64,000 nucleotides of DNA. It comes from Chrysomallon squamiferum (taxonomy: Eukaryota > Animalia > Mollusca). The position numbers and the translations under genes were made by a program. Positions 63,971 to 64,000 of the stretch are shown piece by piece. Numbering within the stretch: the first letter of the stretch is position 1; the number at the start of each line of letters is the position of its first letter. The notes under the pieces were generated by a model. That model saw only the letters and a list, made by a program, of their open reading frames with translations, made no database searches and had not been told where the DNA came from. The DNA lies in NCBI GenBank assembly GCA_012295275.1, contig CM022673.1, positions 14,756,001 through 14,820,000 on the forward strand, in the 5' to 3' direction.

Positions 63971-64000
63971 ACTGAAATTACACAAGTGTAATTTACTCCA

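Overview
AT-rich, microsatellite-rich eukaryotic DNA with GT-AG introns. The gene content points to a mollusc, probably a gastropod (inference; species not determined). Left to right: (1) the 3' part of a PLC-like gene (PRIP/PLCL family, +, 1725-14167) that keeps the PLC catalytic residues and has tandem repeats built from its own splice junctions; (2) an IL-17 family cytokine gene (-, CDS 20376-20936, non-coding first exon about 23101-23195); (3) head-to-head with it, a 14-exon IDO-family / IDO-like-myoglobin gene (+), with exon 1 at 24194-24265 and exons 2-14 at 49970-55811; (4) nested inside that gene's ~25.7 kb first intron, eight small secreted two-domain CBM14 (peritrophin-A) genes in four tail-to-tail pairs (5 intact, 1 with ACG in place of ATG, 2 pseudogenes), plus orphan promoter/exon-1 copies and an inverted copy of IDO exons 2-3; (5) the 3' end of a PLEKHF2/Phafin-like FYVE gene (-). 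Several non-autonomous DNA transposons are also present. All exon models were read and translated by hand and no database searches were run. A few short stretches look like assembly consensus errors.
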